From positions 1 to 55,230 of the forward strand of contig JAQBHB010000033.1 in NCBI GenBank assembly GCA_032128115.1: a stretch of DNA of 55,230 bases, written 5' to 3'. Origin of the DNA: Deltaproteobacteria bacterium (GTDB taxonomy: Bacteria > Myxococcota_A > UBA9160 > SMWR01). Shown here in pieces: positions 10,395 to 20,214 of the stretch (its first letter is position 1; each line of letters begins with the position of its first letter). The notes below the pieces were generated by a model. It was not told the origin of the DNA. It ran no database searches and saw only the letters and a list, made by a program, of their open reading frames with translations. Both the position numbers and the translations under genes were made by a program.

Positions 10395-12209
10395 TCAGCG
10401 CCCGGCGGCGTTACCGCGATCGCGCCGGATCATGGCCCGCACCTGTTGGATGTCGGCCTCGAGTGCGCGGTCCTGCACCCGGGCGCGATCCACGCGGGAT
10501 AGCCAGGCGCGCGCCTCGTCACGGTCGCCGAGCCGCGCGTGGCAGCGGGCGATCCCCACCTGGAAGGGGGCGTGGCTGCCGGGCGGGGTCTCGCGCAGGA
10601 GCCGCTGGTAGAGGTCCAGGGCCTCGGGCACGCGGCCCTCCTCCTCCAGGGCTCGGGCGCCGCAGAAGGCAAAACCCGGAAGCGAGTGCACCCGTTGGGG
10701 TTCGGCCAGGAGCGTCTGCTCCAGGAGCTCGAGCGTGTCGCGGTTGCGGTCGGCGGCCCGGTTCACGAGGCACAGGGTCTCGTAGACGTTGGCCATGCGC
10801 AGGTAGCTCCAATGTCCCTCATAGGGATCGAACAATTCGACCAGGGCCTCGTGAGCCTCGAGCGGTCGGTTCCGGGCATACAACGCCAACGCCAGCTGAT
10901 AGCGACCCTCGCGGTACAAGGGGTCGTGCGCCGTGTCGCGCTGGAACAGGACGATCTCGTTGCGCCAGTCGGGCGTGCGTGCCCAGGTCCGCTGGGCCAG
11001 CGCAATCACCGCCAACAACGAAAGGCCAGCCGCCATCGCTACCGCCATGGCCGGCGAGCGGCGCGGCAGCGTCGGACGCGCCAGCGCGAACACTGCCGGC
11101 CACAAGAGAGCCACGCCGAAGATGCTGAGGCACCAGTTCCGCTCCGCCCGCGCGTGGAGCAGCGGAACCACGCCCGATGTGGGCAGGAACGCGATCCAGA
11201 TCCACACCAATGCGAAGGCGGCCATGACGTGACCGCGGCGCCAGAGTGCGAAGGCCGCCGCCGCCGAGCCCAGGGCGAGAGCGACGCCGAGGCCAACTCC
11301 CGGGTCGAGGGGCGTGGCTACCAGCCGCACCGCGTCGCTGGTGGTGGACTGCCAGGGCACCAGGAGCCAGGCCACGACCCGGGGCCAGAGAGCCAGGCTG
11401 CTCCAGATCTGGCTCCCCAGGCTGCCACCGATGAGAGGCGACCGGGCCATCGCGGCCCCCAGCACCAACGGCCGCAAACCCAGGTACGCCAGCACCAGTA
11501 GGCCCTGGGCCCCCACCAGGAGTCCGGCGCGGATCCACTCCCGCCGCAGCGGTCGCGAGCCGCGGCCCCCCCACATGGCGAGCACAAGGGCGAGCAGCAG
11601 GGCCGGGGTCACGGCCGCGTGCTCCTTCGACGCCAGGGCCAGCGCCAGCGAGAGCAGCGAAACCACGCCGAGGCAAAGGCTCGGCGCCCGACGCGAGGTC
11701 GCCAGGGCGAGTGCCGCGGCAAACACGCTTGCCACCACGAAGAAGTCGGCGAGCGCCGCCGACAATCCGGCGATCCAGACATACACTTCGATGCCCCCGG
11801 GATGCGCCGCGAAGATCGATCCGGCCACGAGCGCTGGTCCCACCCGCCCGAAGGCCCAGGCGGCAAACGCCGTGAACACGATTGCCGTGGCCACGCCCAG
11901 CATCAGGTTCACGATCCGGAACGCGCGCGGCTGCTTCCCGCTGTGGTGGGCCACGACGCTCACGAGCACCACCTGCAGGGGCCGGTAGTAGGACTGCTTC
12001 ACGTCCGGTGTGCGGTAGTCGAGACGGCTGTGCATGGGCTGCCAGAAGGCCTCGAGCAGTCCGTCCAGCGGGCGGATCAGGGTGCCGTACTCGATCTCGC
12101 CCACGTCGGTCCAGACGAACTCGTAGTCGAGGGCGCGGGCATAGAGGCCCGCGAACAACAGGGCGGGAAGCAGCACCACCCACAGCGAGCGCAGCGGAGG
12201 CCAGGCCAT
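10395..12209 (-). CDS. TMTC-like GT-C membrane protein with C-terminal TPRs
   Basis: FVW.D, YYRPL, FAAHP..E, SKE, AER and RT.DW.....LF motifs followed by TPR-like helices. Confidence 0.72.
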   Translation of the reverse strand: MAWPPLRSLWVVLLPALLFAGLYARALDYEFVWTDVGEIEYGTLIRPLDGLLEAFWQPMHSRLDYRTPDVKQSYYRPLQVVLVSVVAHHSGKQPRAFRIVNLMLGVATAIVFTAFAAWAFGRVGPALVAGSIFAAHPGGIEVYVWIAGLSAALADFFVVASVFAAALALATSRRAPSLCLGVVSLLSLALALASKEHAAVTPALLLALVLAMWGGRGSRPLRREWIRAGLLVGAQGLLVLAYLGLRPLVLGAAMARSPLIGGSLGSQIWSSLALWPRVVAWLLVPWQSTTSDAVRLVATPLDPGVGLGVALALGSAAAAFALWRRGHVMAAFALVWIWIAFLPTSGVVPLLHARAERNWCLSIFGVALLWPAVFALARPTLPRRSPAMAVAMAAGLSLLAVIALAQRTWARTPDWRNEIVLFQRDTAHDPLYREGRYQLALALYARNRPLEAHEALVELFDPYEGHWSYLRMANVYETLCLVNRAADRNRDTLELLEQTLLAEPQRVHSLPGFAFCGARALEEEGRVPEALDLYQRLLRETPPGSHAPFQVGIARCHARLGDRDEARAWLSRVDRARVQDRALEADIQQVRAMIRRDRGNAAGR

Positions 12210-12286
12210 GGGCCGATCCTATGCGATCTGCAGCGGCTGCGGTTCGACCCGGCAACCCGGGTAGACTGGGGACCGGGAGGGCAGCC

Positions 12287-12955
12287 GTGACCGCCGCCGT
12301 CATCATCGCCGCACTCTGGCTCGCATTCGCCGCCACCCACATGACGCTCGCCAGCGTGCGCCTGCGGCCCCGCCTGGTATCGGCCCTGGGCGCACGCGGC
12401 TATCAGGGCGTCTACTCGTTGGTCGCCCTGGCCTTGTTCGTGCCCCTGGTCTGGATCTACTTCCAGAACAAGCACGCCGGTCCCCTGCTCTGGTACGTGG
12501 GCGGTCTCCCCGGCATGCGCACGCTCATGTATGGGGGCATGGGCGTGGCCCTGGTGCTGATCGTGGGCGGCTTGATCCAGCCGAGTCCCGCAGGCATGGC
12601 ACCGGCGGGCACCCGTGTTCGGGGCATCCTGCGCATCACACGCCACCCGACCTTCATGGGAGCGGGACTCTTCGGCCTGATGCACCTGCTGGTGGCGCCG
12701 GTGAACGCCAGCGAGCTGGTTTTCTTCGGCGGGTTTCCGGTCTTCGCGGCCCTGGGGTGCCGGCACCAGGACCAGCGCAAGCTGGTCACGGGCGGCGAAG
12801 CCTTCGGCCGCTTCCACGCGGAAACCGGCTTCCTGCCCTTCTCCCGATCGGGCGCCCTGCGCGGCCTGCTGGAGATGCCTCTGCCCGCGGCCATCGCCCT
12901 GGGCGCAGTCCTCGCGTGGCTGCTCCGAACCTTTCACGCCTCCTTGTTTGGATAG
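12287..12955 (+). CDS. NnrU family membrane protein
   Basis: GGGAGG RBS, GTG at 12287; R..LV..LG..GY.G.YS and GI.RITRHP motifs. Confidence 0.85.
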   Translation: MTAAVIIAALWLAFAATHMTLASVRLRPRLVSALGARGYQGVYSLVALALFVPLVWIYFQNKHAGPLLWYVGGLPGMRTLMYGGMGVALVLIVGGLIQPSPAGMAPAGTRVRGILRITRHPTFMGAGLFGLMHLLVAPVNASELVFFGGFPVFAALGCRHQDQRKLVTGGEAFGRFHAETGFLPFSRSGALRGLLEMPLPAAIALGAVLAWLLRTFHASLFG

Positions 12956-12983
12956 GCGGTGGGTGGACCCCTCTCGGGCCTGT

Positions 12984-13025
12984 ATATTACTTAAATATTG
13001 ATTTTTTCGTCATAAACAGTAATAT
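12984..13025. promoter_or_regulatory. Putative operator: ATATTACT-N26-AGTAATAT overlapping a TAATAT -10
   Basis: Perfect 8-bp inverted repeat (12984-12991 / 13018-13025) in an AT-rich island directly before the PaaX-family gene. Confidence 0.6.
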
Positions 13026-13032
13026 CGTGCCC

Positions 13033-13908
13033 GTGCGACCCACCGCCCGCAGTCTGATCCTGGATCTCCTCTCGACGCTTCGCGGGGGCCAGGGGTGCAT
13101 GCCCGTGCGCGCCCTGGTGGCCTCCGGCGAGCTGTTCGGGCTGGCCGGCAATGCGGTGCGGGTCGCAGTCGTGCGCTTGCGGGCCGAGGGCCTGGTGGAG
13201 CGCGACCAGCGAGGCAGCTATCGCCTGGGCCCTCGGGCCGAGGCCGTGAACCAGCAGATCCGCTCGTGGCGCCACGTGGAGGAGGGCCGGGTCGCCTGGC
13301 GGGGAGGCTGGGTGGGAGTCCATGGCGCCGACCCGGCGGCGCGCGGACCCTCACGGCGGACCCGGCAGCGGGTGCGGGCGCTGCGCTTCCTGGGGTTTCG
13401 CGAGCTTGCGCCCGGCCTGGCCCTGCGGCCCGACAACCTGGTGGGCGGTGTCGCCGGTGTCCGGAGTCAGCTCCATCGTCTGGGACTCGCATCCGAGACC
13501 CTGGTGCTGGGGATCGACTCGCTTGGCGACCCCCACGAGCAACGGGCGCACGCCCTGTGGGACGTGGACGCCCTGTGCCAGGCCTACGAGCAGAGCCTGG
13601 CGGAAGTAACCCTGCACCTGGCGCGCCTGCCCGCGCTTCCCGCCGGTCGCGCCATGTCGGAGTCGTTCCTGCTGGGTGGACGCGTGATCCGTCAGATCGT
13701 CTTCGACCCGTTGCTGCCCGAATCCATCGCGCCCGATGGCCCGCGAGCCCGGCTCGTCGAAGCCATGCGTCGCTACGACACAGCCGGGCGCGAACGCTGG
13801 GCCGACTTCCTGTCGCGCTTTGGCGTACCGAACCTGCGAGCTCCCGCCGACGTGCGGGTAGTCGAGGCGGCCAGACACCTGGCCGCCGCCGAGGGAGGAA
13901 TCCGATGA
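13033..13908 (+). CDS. PaaX-family transcriptional regulator
   Basis: ARSLILDLL, VRVAVVRL..EG, W.G.W, RAL.FLGF, LWD and DPLLP motifs; start 13033 or 13027. Confidence 0.85.
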   Translation: MRPTARSLILDLLSTLRGGQGCMPVRALVASGELFGLAGNAVRVAVVRLRAEGLVERDQRGSYRLGPRAEAVNQQIRSWRHVEEGRVAWRGGWVGVHGADPAARGPSRRTRQRVRALRFLGFRELAPGLALRPDNLVGGVAGVRSQLHRLGLASETLVLGIDSLGDPHEQRAHALWDVDALCQAYEQSLAEVTLHLARLPALPAGRAMSESFLLGGRVIRQIVFDPLLPESIAPDGPRARLVEAMRRYDTAGRERWADFLSRFGVPNLRAPADVRVVEAARHLAAAEGGIR

Positions 13909-13973
13909 ACCTAGCCGCCGCCGAGGGAGGAATCCGATGAGCCTGGCCGCCGCCGAGGGAGGAATCCGATGAG
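13878..13973 (+). repeat. 3 x 32-bp tandem repeat, each unit carrying RBS + ATGA
   Basis: CCT(G/A)GCCGCCGCCGAGGGAGGAATCCGATGA(A/G) at 13878, 13910 and 13942. Confidence 0.95.
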
Positions 13974-14907
13974 CGAAGCCGTGAACCCGAAGCCCCGCTG
14001 GCGCGACGCGCTCAGCCCCGAGGAGCTGGCGTCGCTCAAGACCCTGCACGACTGGCGGTCGTGGTTCTCGATCACCCTCAACTGGGGCATCGTCGCCGCC
14101 ACCTTCGCACTCGTGGCCGCCTGGCCCAACGTGTTCACGATCCTGCTGGCGCTGCTCCTGATCGGCGGCCGCCAGCTGGGATTCGCCGTCTTCATGCACG
14201 AGGCATCCCACGGCACGCTGCTTCGCGAGCGGCGCTGGAACGACTGGGCCGGGAATTGGCTGTGCGCCTTTCCCGTGTGGGGGGACCTCGCGCCCTACCG
14301 CCCCTATCACCTCCAGCACCACGCCATGACCTGGACCGGCAAGGACCCGGACGTGAGCCTGGCAACTCCCTTCCCCATCACGCGAGCAAGCCTGTGGCGC
14401 AAGGTCTGGCGCGATCTGTCCGGGCAGACCGGCTGGAAGCGGGCCCGCTTCACGCTGCGCCGCGATCTGGGCCTTTCCCAGGGCAAGGTGCAGCGCCGAA
14501 ACGGGAGCGGCTGGCAGCGACTGATGGGACCGCTGGTCACCAATGCGGTGTTGTTGGCGCTGCTCACCCTGGCCGGACATCCTGCTCTGTACCTGCTGTG
14601 GATCGTGGCGTGGCTCACCACCTACAGCCTGGTGATGCGCATCCGGTCCATCGCCGAGCACTCCATGCCCTCGGACCCCTCGAACGAGATGGGAAATACG
14701 CGCACCACCCGGGCGCGCTGGTGGGAGCGTCTCTTCCTGGCGCCCAACGGCGTCAACTACCACCTGGAACACCACCTGTTGATCTCGGTGCCCCACTATC
14801 ACCTGGCGCGCATGCATCGGCTGCTCCGCGAGCGCGGCGCCCTGGACGACGCGCTTCTGGCGCCGAGCTACTGGAGCGTTCTCGACGCCGCCTCCTCTCG
14901 GAGCTGA
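13969..14907 (+). CDS. Fatty acid desaturase family protein
   Basis: His boxes HEASH, HLQHH and HLEHH plus AEH; TM segments. Confidence 0.88.
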   Translation: MSEAVNPKPRWRDALSPEELASLKTLHDWRSWFSITLNWGIVAATFALVAAWPNVFTILLALLLIGGRQLGFAVFMHEASHGTLLRERRWNDWAGNWLCAFPVWGDLAPYRPYHLQHHAMTWTGKDPDVSLATPFPITRASLWRKVWRDLSGQTGWKRARFTLRRDLGLSQGKVQRRNGSGWQRLMGPLVTNAVLLALLTLAGHPALYLLWIVAWLTTYSLVMRIRSIAEHSMPSDPSNEMGNTRTTRARWWERLFLAPNGVNYHLEHHLLISVPHYHLARMHRLLRERGALDDALLAPSYWSVLDAASSRS

Positions 14908-14941
14908 GCCACCCGGGGCGCCTCCCCGCTACTCTCCGGCC

Positions 14942-15991
14942 ATGCCTGAGGAGCGCCGCCGAGCCGCCCGTTTCGAAACGTCTCTCCGACTCGAGATCGC
15001 CGAGGTCCTCGAACATCCGCGGCTCGTGCGCGCCAACCTGAGCGCGTCTGGGGTCTTCGTCGAGATCGATCAGGACCCCGGCCAGCTCGGCATGGTTCGA
15101 GCCCTTCAACTGACCACCGAAGACCGCAGTGTGTCGGTCAACCTGATGGGCCAGGTGGCGCGCATCGTCAGCTACGACGATCTGGCCCAGGGCCGCGTGA
15201 TCGCGGGCGCCGCGTTCGAGTTCCTGGTGCAAGCGGACTCCCAGCGGGACGCGATCGAGCGGCTGCTGCGAGCGGTGGCGGACGTCCGGATCCTCCACAG
15301 CCCGCAGGCGGGCATCGCGTGCCGGATCGACGCGCGCCTGGCCGATCGCCCCGGTTCGGCGACGGGGGCCGTGGTCACCCGCATGGCGCTGAGGGAGATC
15401 GCCATCGAGACGACCTCGCCGGTGGGAGTGGGCGAGCAGGTGCGTGTCGAGATCCGGCTCCCCTCGCAGCGAACCATCGACCTGTCGGGAAGGGCGATGA
15501 GCAGCCACCGCATCAAAGGCGATCGCTACCAGGTGGAGGTACACCTGGATTCGGATCAGGCCCCGCCCGCGCCGGAGAGGGCCGCCGAGAAAGCGGCCAT
15601 CGACGCCGGACTGGACGGCGTGCTCTCGGAAGTGACCAGCTGGCGGGAACGCGAGCACAGGCAGCGCAGCGCCCACCTGAGCGGTGAACTCTCCCAGGTT
15701 CCGCTCACCAGCCTGCTCTCGTTCCTGGAAATGGAGCGTGTTTCGGGAATCCTCGAGATCGACCGGGACGGCCAACTCGCCAGGATCTTCGTGCGCGACG
15801 GGCGGCTGGTGGACCTGGAACCCCGACCGGAATCGCCCGCCCCCTGGCTCGAGTCGGCGCTGCAGTGGAAGCACGGCGCGTTCGAGTTCCGCTTCGAGAA
15901 GGTGGACCGGTCCGACACCATCCAGATGCCCACCTCCGTATTGCTGGTCGAGCTCGCGCGAAGCCAGGACGAGACGCTGCGCAAGCGCTGA
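14942..15991 (+). CDS. PilZ-like + DUF4388 domain protein
   Basis: N-terminal ERRRAARF..NLSASGVF (PilZ-like); C-terminal LSGELSQVPL.SLL.FLEME..SG.L and W..G.FEF (DUF4388-like). Confidence 0.72.
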   Translation: MPEERRRAARFETSLRLEIAEVLEHPRLVRANLSASGVFVEIDQDPGQLGMVRALQLTTEDRSVSVNLMGQVARIVSYDDLAQGRVIAGAAFEFLVQADSQRDAIERLLRAVADVRILHSPQAGIACRIDARLADRPGSATGAVVTRMALREIAIETTSPVGVGEQVRVEIRLPSQRTIDLSGRAMSSHRIKGDRYQVEVHLDSDQAPPAPERAAEKAAIDAGLDGVLSEVTSWREREHRQRSAHLSGELSQVPLTSLLSFLEMERVSGILEIDRDGQLARIFVRDGRLVDLEPRPESPAPWLESALQWKHGAFEFRFEKVDRSDTIQMPTSVLLVELARSQDETLRKR

Positions 15992-16046
15992 CCCCCTTCG
16001 CAGCGCCGGATCGCCTCGTCTACACTGCTCCCGAAGGAGCCCCCCC

Positions 16047-16421
16047 ATGATCAGCAACGGTGTCCACCACGTCTCTTTCGCCGTAGCGGACCTCGAGCGC
16101 TCGCAACGGTTCTACGGCGACCTGCTCGGCCTCGAAATCATCGAACGACCCGACATGGGACTGGCCGGCACCTGGTATCGCGCTGGCAGTGCGCAGATCC
16201 ACCTGATCCAGACGCCGGCGGGAGCCGACGTGGGCAGCCCGCCGGGCGCCCTGAGCCCCCTGGCGAACCACTGCGCATTTGCCATCGAGGACTACGCGAA
16301 GACGCTCGACGCCCTGCGATCCCACGACCTCGAGGTGATGGAGACCACGCCCGAGCGTGGTCAGATGTGGGTGTGCGACCCCGACGGCAACGTGATCGAA
16401 TTCATCGCACCGCGAACCTGA
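16047..16421 (+). CDS. VOC/glyoxalase family protein
   Basis: AAGGAG RBS; HHVS..V.DL..S..FY..LLGL and DPDGNVIE. Confidence 0.88.
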   Translation: MISNGVHHVSFAVADLERSQRFYGDLLGLEIIERPDMGLAGTWYRAGSAQIHLIQTPAGADVGSPPGALSPLANHCAFAIEDYAKTLDALRSHDLEVMETTPERGQMWVCDPDGNVIEFIAPRT

Positions 16422-16424
16422 GCC

Positions 16425-17240
16425 ATGGACGCCTTCCAGGATCGGGTGGCAGTAATCACCGGTGGGGCCGGCGGCATCGGACGCGCCCTGGCCGATGCCT
16501 TCGCGGCGCGTGGCGCCCGGGTGGTGCTCGCCGACATCGACGACGCATCGCTGGCGCATGCCGAGAAGGAGCTCTCGTCCCGGGGCGCTCGGGTGCTGGC
16601 CGTGAATACGGACGTCACTCACCGCGAGAGCGTGAACGCGCTTGCCGAACGCACCTGGTCCCACTTCGGCGCGGCCCACATCGTGTGCAACAACGCCGGC
16701 ATTGCCGTGCTCGGCGAGCTGGTCCAGGCGACGCCGGAAGACTGGGACCTCACCATGGCCATCAACTTCTGGGGCGTGGTCCACGGCGTGAATGCCTTTG
16801 TTCCGCGCCTGATCGAGCAGGGTCAGGGGGGCCACGTGCTGAACACCGCCTCCATGGCGGGCCTGGTGGGCATGCAGGGCCTGGGCATCTACTGCGCCAG
16901 CAAATTTGCCGTAGTGGGTCTGAGCGAGTCGCTGCATCGGGAGTGCCGGGCCCACGACATCGGTGTCAGCATCTTGTGCCCGATGATCGTGGCCACGCAG
17001 ATCGGCGAGAACAGCCGTCGCGTGCTGGGTCGTCCGCCGCTGGTCTCGGGCGGATCCGGGTCCCCGCCCGCGGCCATGAAGGGCGGCGTGATCGCCGCCG
17101 AAGAAGCGGCCCGGCGCGCTCTGCGCGGCATCGAACGGCGCGATCTCTACATCCTCACCCACCCGGAGCAGCGCGAGATTCTGCGCCGACGCGCAGAGTT
17201 GCAGGACTCCATGTTCAACGACGCGCTCTGGATGCTCTGA
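16425..17240 (+). CDS. Short-chain dehydrogenase/reductase
   Basis: TGGAGGIG, NNAG and YCASK. Confidence 0.92.
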   Translation: MDAFQDRVAVITGGAGGIGRALADAFAARGARVVLADIDDASLAHAEKELSSRGARVLAVNTDVTHRESVNALAERTWSHFGAAHIVCNNAGIAVLGELVQATPEDWDLTMAINFWGVVHGVNAFVPRLIEQGQGGHVLNTASMAGLVGMQGLGIYCASKFAVVGLSESLHRECRAHDIGVSILCPMIVATQIGENSRRVLGRPPLVSGGSGSPPAAMKGGVIAAEEAARRALRGIERRDLYILTHPEQREILRRRAELQDSMFNDALWML

Positions 17241-17282
17241 ATCTGTTCCCACGCCCCCCGTGCGATTCCCAAGGAGAACCAG

Positions 17283-18348
17283 ATGATCCGAGTCCGACCG
17301 CTAGCCACCGTCCTGTGGATGCTTGCCGTCGGCTGCGCCGATTCCGAGCCCGCGCCGTCACCGGCCCCCGCGGAGCCCGAGCCCCCGGCGATCTCTACCC
17401 GCGCCCGGGCCATCTTCGGAACGCTTCCGATCGAAGCGAGCAGCGATTCGAATCCGGTGACCGAGGCGAAGATCGATCTGGGTCGCATGCTCTACTACGA
17501 CCCGCGCCTTTCGAAGAGCCAGACAATCTCCTGCAACAGCTGCCACGACCTCCAGAGCTTCGGCGTCGACGGCGAGGCCACCTCACCGGGTCACCGGCGC
17601 CAGCGAGGCGGTCGCAACTCGCCCACGGTCTACAACGCCGCCTTCCACGTGGCGCAGTTCTGGGATGGGCGCGCGCCCGACGTGGAGGCCCAGGCCAAGG
17701 GGCCGGTGCTCAACCCCATCGAGATGGCCATGCCCGACGCCGCGTCGGTGGTTGCCGTGCTGCGCTCGATCCCCGGCTACCGGCCCCGCTTCCAGGCGGC
17801 GTTTCCGGGGCGACGAGGACCCCATCAGCTACGACAACATGGCGCGGGCCATCGGCGCCTTCGAGCGCCGCCTGGTAACACCGAGCCCATTCGACGCCTG
17901 GCTCGCCGGCGACGACGACGCGCTCTCGGACGCGGCCGTGGCGGGGTTGTCCACCTTCATGCAGGTGGGCTGCATCAGCTGCCACATGGGGCCGATCGTG
18001 GGCGGCGACCGCTACCAGAAACTCGGCCTGGTGAAAGCCTTTCCCACCCTGGACAAGGGCCGCTACGAAGTCACCGGCGAGGAGACCGACCTGTTCGTGT
18101 TCAAGGTGCCCTCGCTGCGCAACGTGGCGGAAACCGGGCCCTGGTTCCACGACGGCTCCATGGAAACCCTGAACCACGCCATTCGAGCCATGGCCATGCA
18201 CCAGCTGGGCCGCTCGCTCTCGGACGAGGAGGTGGCCTCCATCGCAGTCTTCCTCGAGAGCCTGACCGGAAGCATCGATGCGAACTACATCGCCCTTCCC
18301 GCGCTCCCGGCCAGCGGTCCCGACACGCCCGGGCCGGATCCCAGCTGA
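17283..18348 (+). pseudogene. Di-heme cytochrome c peroxidase (CCP/MauG family), frameshifted at about 17807-17810
   Basis: First frame: [22 protein letters not shown]. Second frame: [30 protein letters not shown]. One extra G in CCGGGGC. Confidence 0.85.
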
Positions 18349-18395
18349 GCCTGCGCTAGCTTCTGCCCCAGCCCCGCGAACCCAAGGAGATTGCC

Positions 18396-19502
18396 GTGAC
18401 CCCCCCCGTGACCGAAGCTGCGGTGCTCGACGCCCTCCGGCCCATCGTGGACCCGGACTTCGGCAAGAGCATCGTCGACCTGGGATTCGTCAAGGCCATC
18501 GAGATCGACGGCGACCGGATTGCCTTCACGATCGAGCTGACTACGCCCGCCTGCCCCGTGAAGGCCGAGTTCGAGCGGACGGCGCGCGAGCGGGTGGCCG
18601 CACTGGATGGCGTCAAAAACGTCCAGGTCACCATGACCGCCAACACCCGCGGTCGTGGCAACGCCGGCGTCGGGGGCGACGTGCTCCCCGGCGTTGCCAA
18701 CACCATCGCCGTCGCCTCGGGCAAGGGAGGCGTTGGCAAGAGCACCACCGCCATCAATCTGGCCCTGGCGCTGCAGCAGTCGGGGGCACGGGTGGGCGTG
18801 ATGGACGCGGACGTCTACGGCCCGTCGCTGCCCCTGTTGACCGGCGTCAGCGGGCGCCCCGAGGCCCAGGATAAGCGGATCTTCCCCCACGTGGGATACG
18901 GCATGAAGCTCATGTCCATGGGCTTTCTGGTGTCTGGCGATGCGCCCGTGATCTGGCGCGGCCCCATGGTGCATGGCCTGATTCGCCAGTTCCTGACCGA
19001 CGTGGAGTGGGGAGAGCTCGATTACCTGGTGGTGGACATGCCGCCGGGCACCGGCGATGCCGCCCTCACCCTGACGCAACTGGCGCCGCTCGCGGGTGCC
19101 GTGATCGTGACCACCTCCAACGACTTGTCCCTGGTGGACGCCCGCAAGGGGCTCGCCATGTTCCAGAAGGTGAACGTGCCGGTGCTGGGAATCGTGGAGA
19201 ACATGTCGTACTTCACGCCCCCGGACCTGCCGGACCGCAAGTACTACATCTTTGGACAGGGCGGCGGCAAACGGACGGCCGAGGAGCTGGGCGTCGATTT
19301 CCTGGGAGAGATCCCCATCGATCCGCGCATCGTCGAACGGGGCGACGCGGGCCAGCCGATCGTCGACTGCGAGCCGGACTCCGCCGCGGCCCAGGCCTTC
19401 AAGAGTCTCGCCGGGCGCGTCGCACGCAAGCTGGCAGTGCTCGCCGAGAACGCCCCGGCGGTTGCTGACGCCAACATCACCTGGGTCACGAGCCCGAACT
19501 GA
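18396..19502 (+). CDS. apbC: Mrp/NBP35 (ApbC) Fe-S cluster carrier ATPase
   Basis: TTPACP, GKGGVGKST, DADVYGPS, WRGPM, DMPPGTGD and GIVENMS. Confidence 0.9.
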   Translation: MTPPVTEAAVLDALRPIVDPDFGKSIVDLGFVKAIEIDGDRIAFTIELTTPACPVKAEFERTARERVAALDGVKNVQVTMTANTRGRGNAGVGGDVLPGVANTIAVASGKGGVGKSTTAINLALALQQSGARVGVMDADVYGPSLPLLTGVSGRPEAQDKRIFPHVGYGMKLMSMGFLVSGDAPVIWRGPMVHGLIRQFLTDVEWGELDYLVVDMPPGTGDAALTLTQLAPLAGAVIVTTSNDLSLVDARKGLAMFQKVNVPVLGIVENMSYFTPPDLPDRKYYIFGQGGGKRTAEELGVDFLGEIPIDPRIVERGDAGQPIVDCEPDSAAAQAFKSLAGRVARKLAVLAENAPAVADANITWVTSPN

Positions 19503-19503
19503 A

Positions 19504-20214
19504 TCAGCTGCCGGCGGCCTGGGGCGTGCCGTGCAGCAGATCCTTGAGCATGATGGGGGCGGGGCTCATGCTTCCCTCGCGCGCCGTCTGGATCAGGAAC
19601 TCTTCCAGCGTGAAGTGGCGGAACTCCACGTTGGTGGGCGGCTCGAAGAACGACTCGGGGATCGGCAGGCCACTCAGCCAGTTGACGTAGTCGGTGTACA
19701 TCCGGGTTCCCGTAGCCCGCAGGAACACCTCACTGCGCACCGGGAGCATGAGATCGTTCTGGGTCACGCAGACCTCGCGCCGTCCCACGCGGTCGGTCAG
19801 GCGATACAGGTTGCAGGGTGAGCCCGCGACCTCATTCTCACCCACCATCTCGGCTCCCTGGCGCAGCAGCGCCTGGAGCTCCTGACCGAAGGGGCGATCG
19901 CGATTCTTGTCCTGGGCGATGGCCTCGCGGGAGCGCCGGATGGCCACACCCTGGCCCGCGGTGGAGTCGTAGGCGTAGTAGGTATCGCCGTGCACCAGGT
20001 TCACGTACTTGCGCCACCCGGCCACGGTCTCCACCCGCAGACTCGGTCCCAGGGACCAGTAGTAGGTCACCTGCAGCGCACCTTCGCCGCGGACCAGGGC
20101 CTGCGAGAAATAGCTGGAGACAGGAGCGGGGGCCTTCTCCTGGGCGCCGGCAGGCAGCGCCCACAGCCCCACAGCCGCCAGCCACGCGACTCCCGACACG
20201 GCTGAGAGCCTCAC
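19504..20214 (-). CDS. Exported hypothetical protein, possibly LolA-like fold
   Basis: Signal peptide (..PAGA/QE); E.VAG.PC..Y and P.S.FEPP pattern; GTG overlaps the upstream stop. Confidence 0.55.
   Translation of the reverse strand: MRLSAVSGVAWLAAVGLWALPAGAQEKAPAPVSSYFSQALVRGEGALQVTYYWSLGPSLRVETVAGWRKYVNLVHGDTYYAYDSTAGQGVAIRRSREAIAQDKNRDRPFGQELQALLRQGAEMVGENEVAGSPCNLYRLTDRVGRREVCVTQNDLMLPVRSEVFLRATGTRMYTDYVNWLSGLPIPESFFEPPTNVEFRHFTLEEFLIQTAREGSMSPAPIMLKDLLHGTPQAAGS

Noticed and set aside
13878..13973. CRISPR array (32-bp repeats)
   Set aside because: Units are directly adjacent with no spacers, and there are no cas genes.
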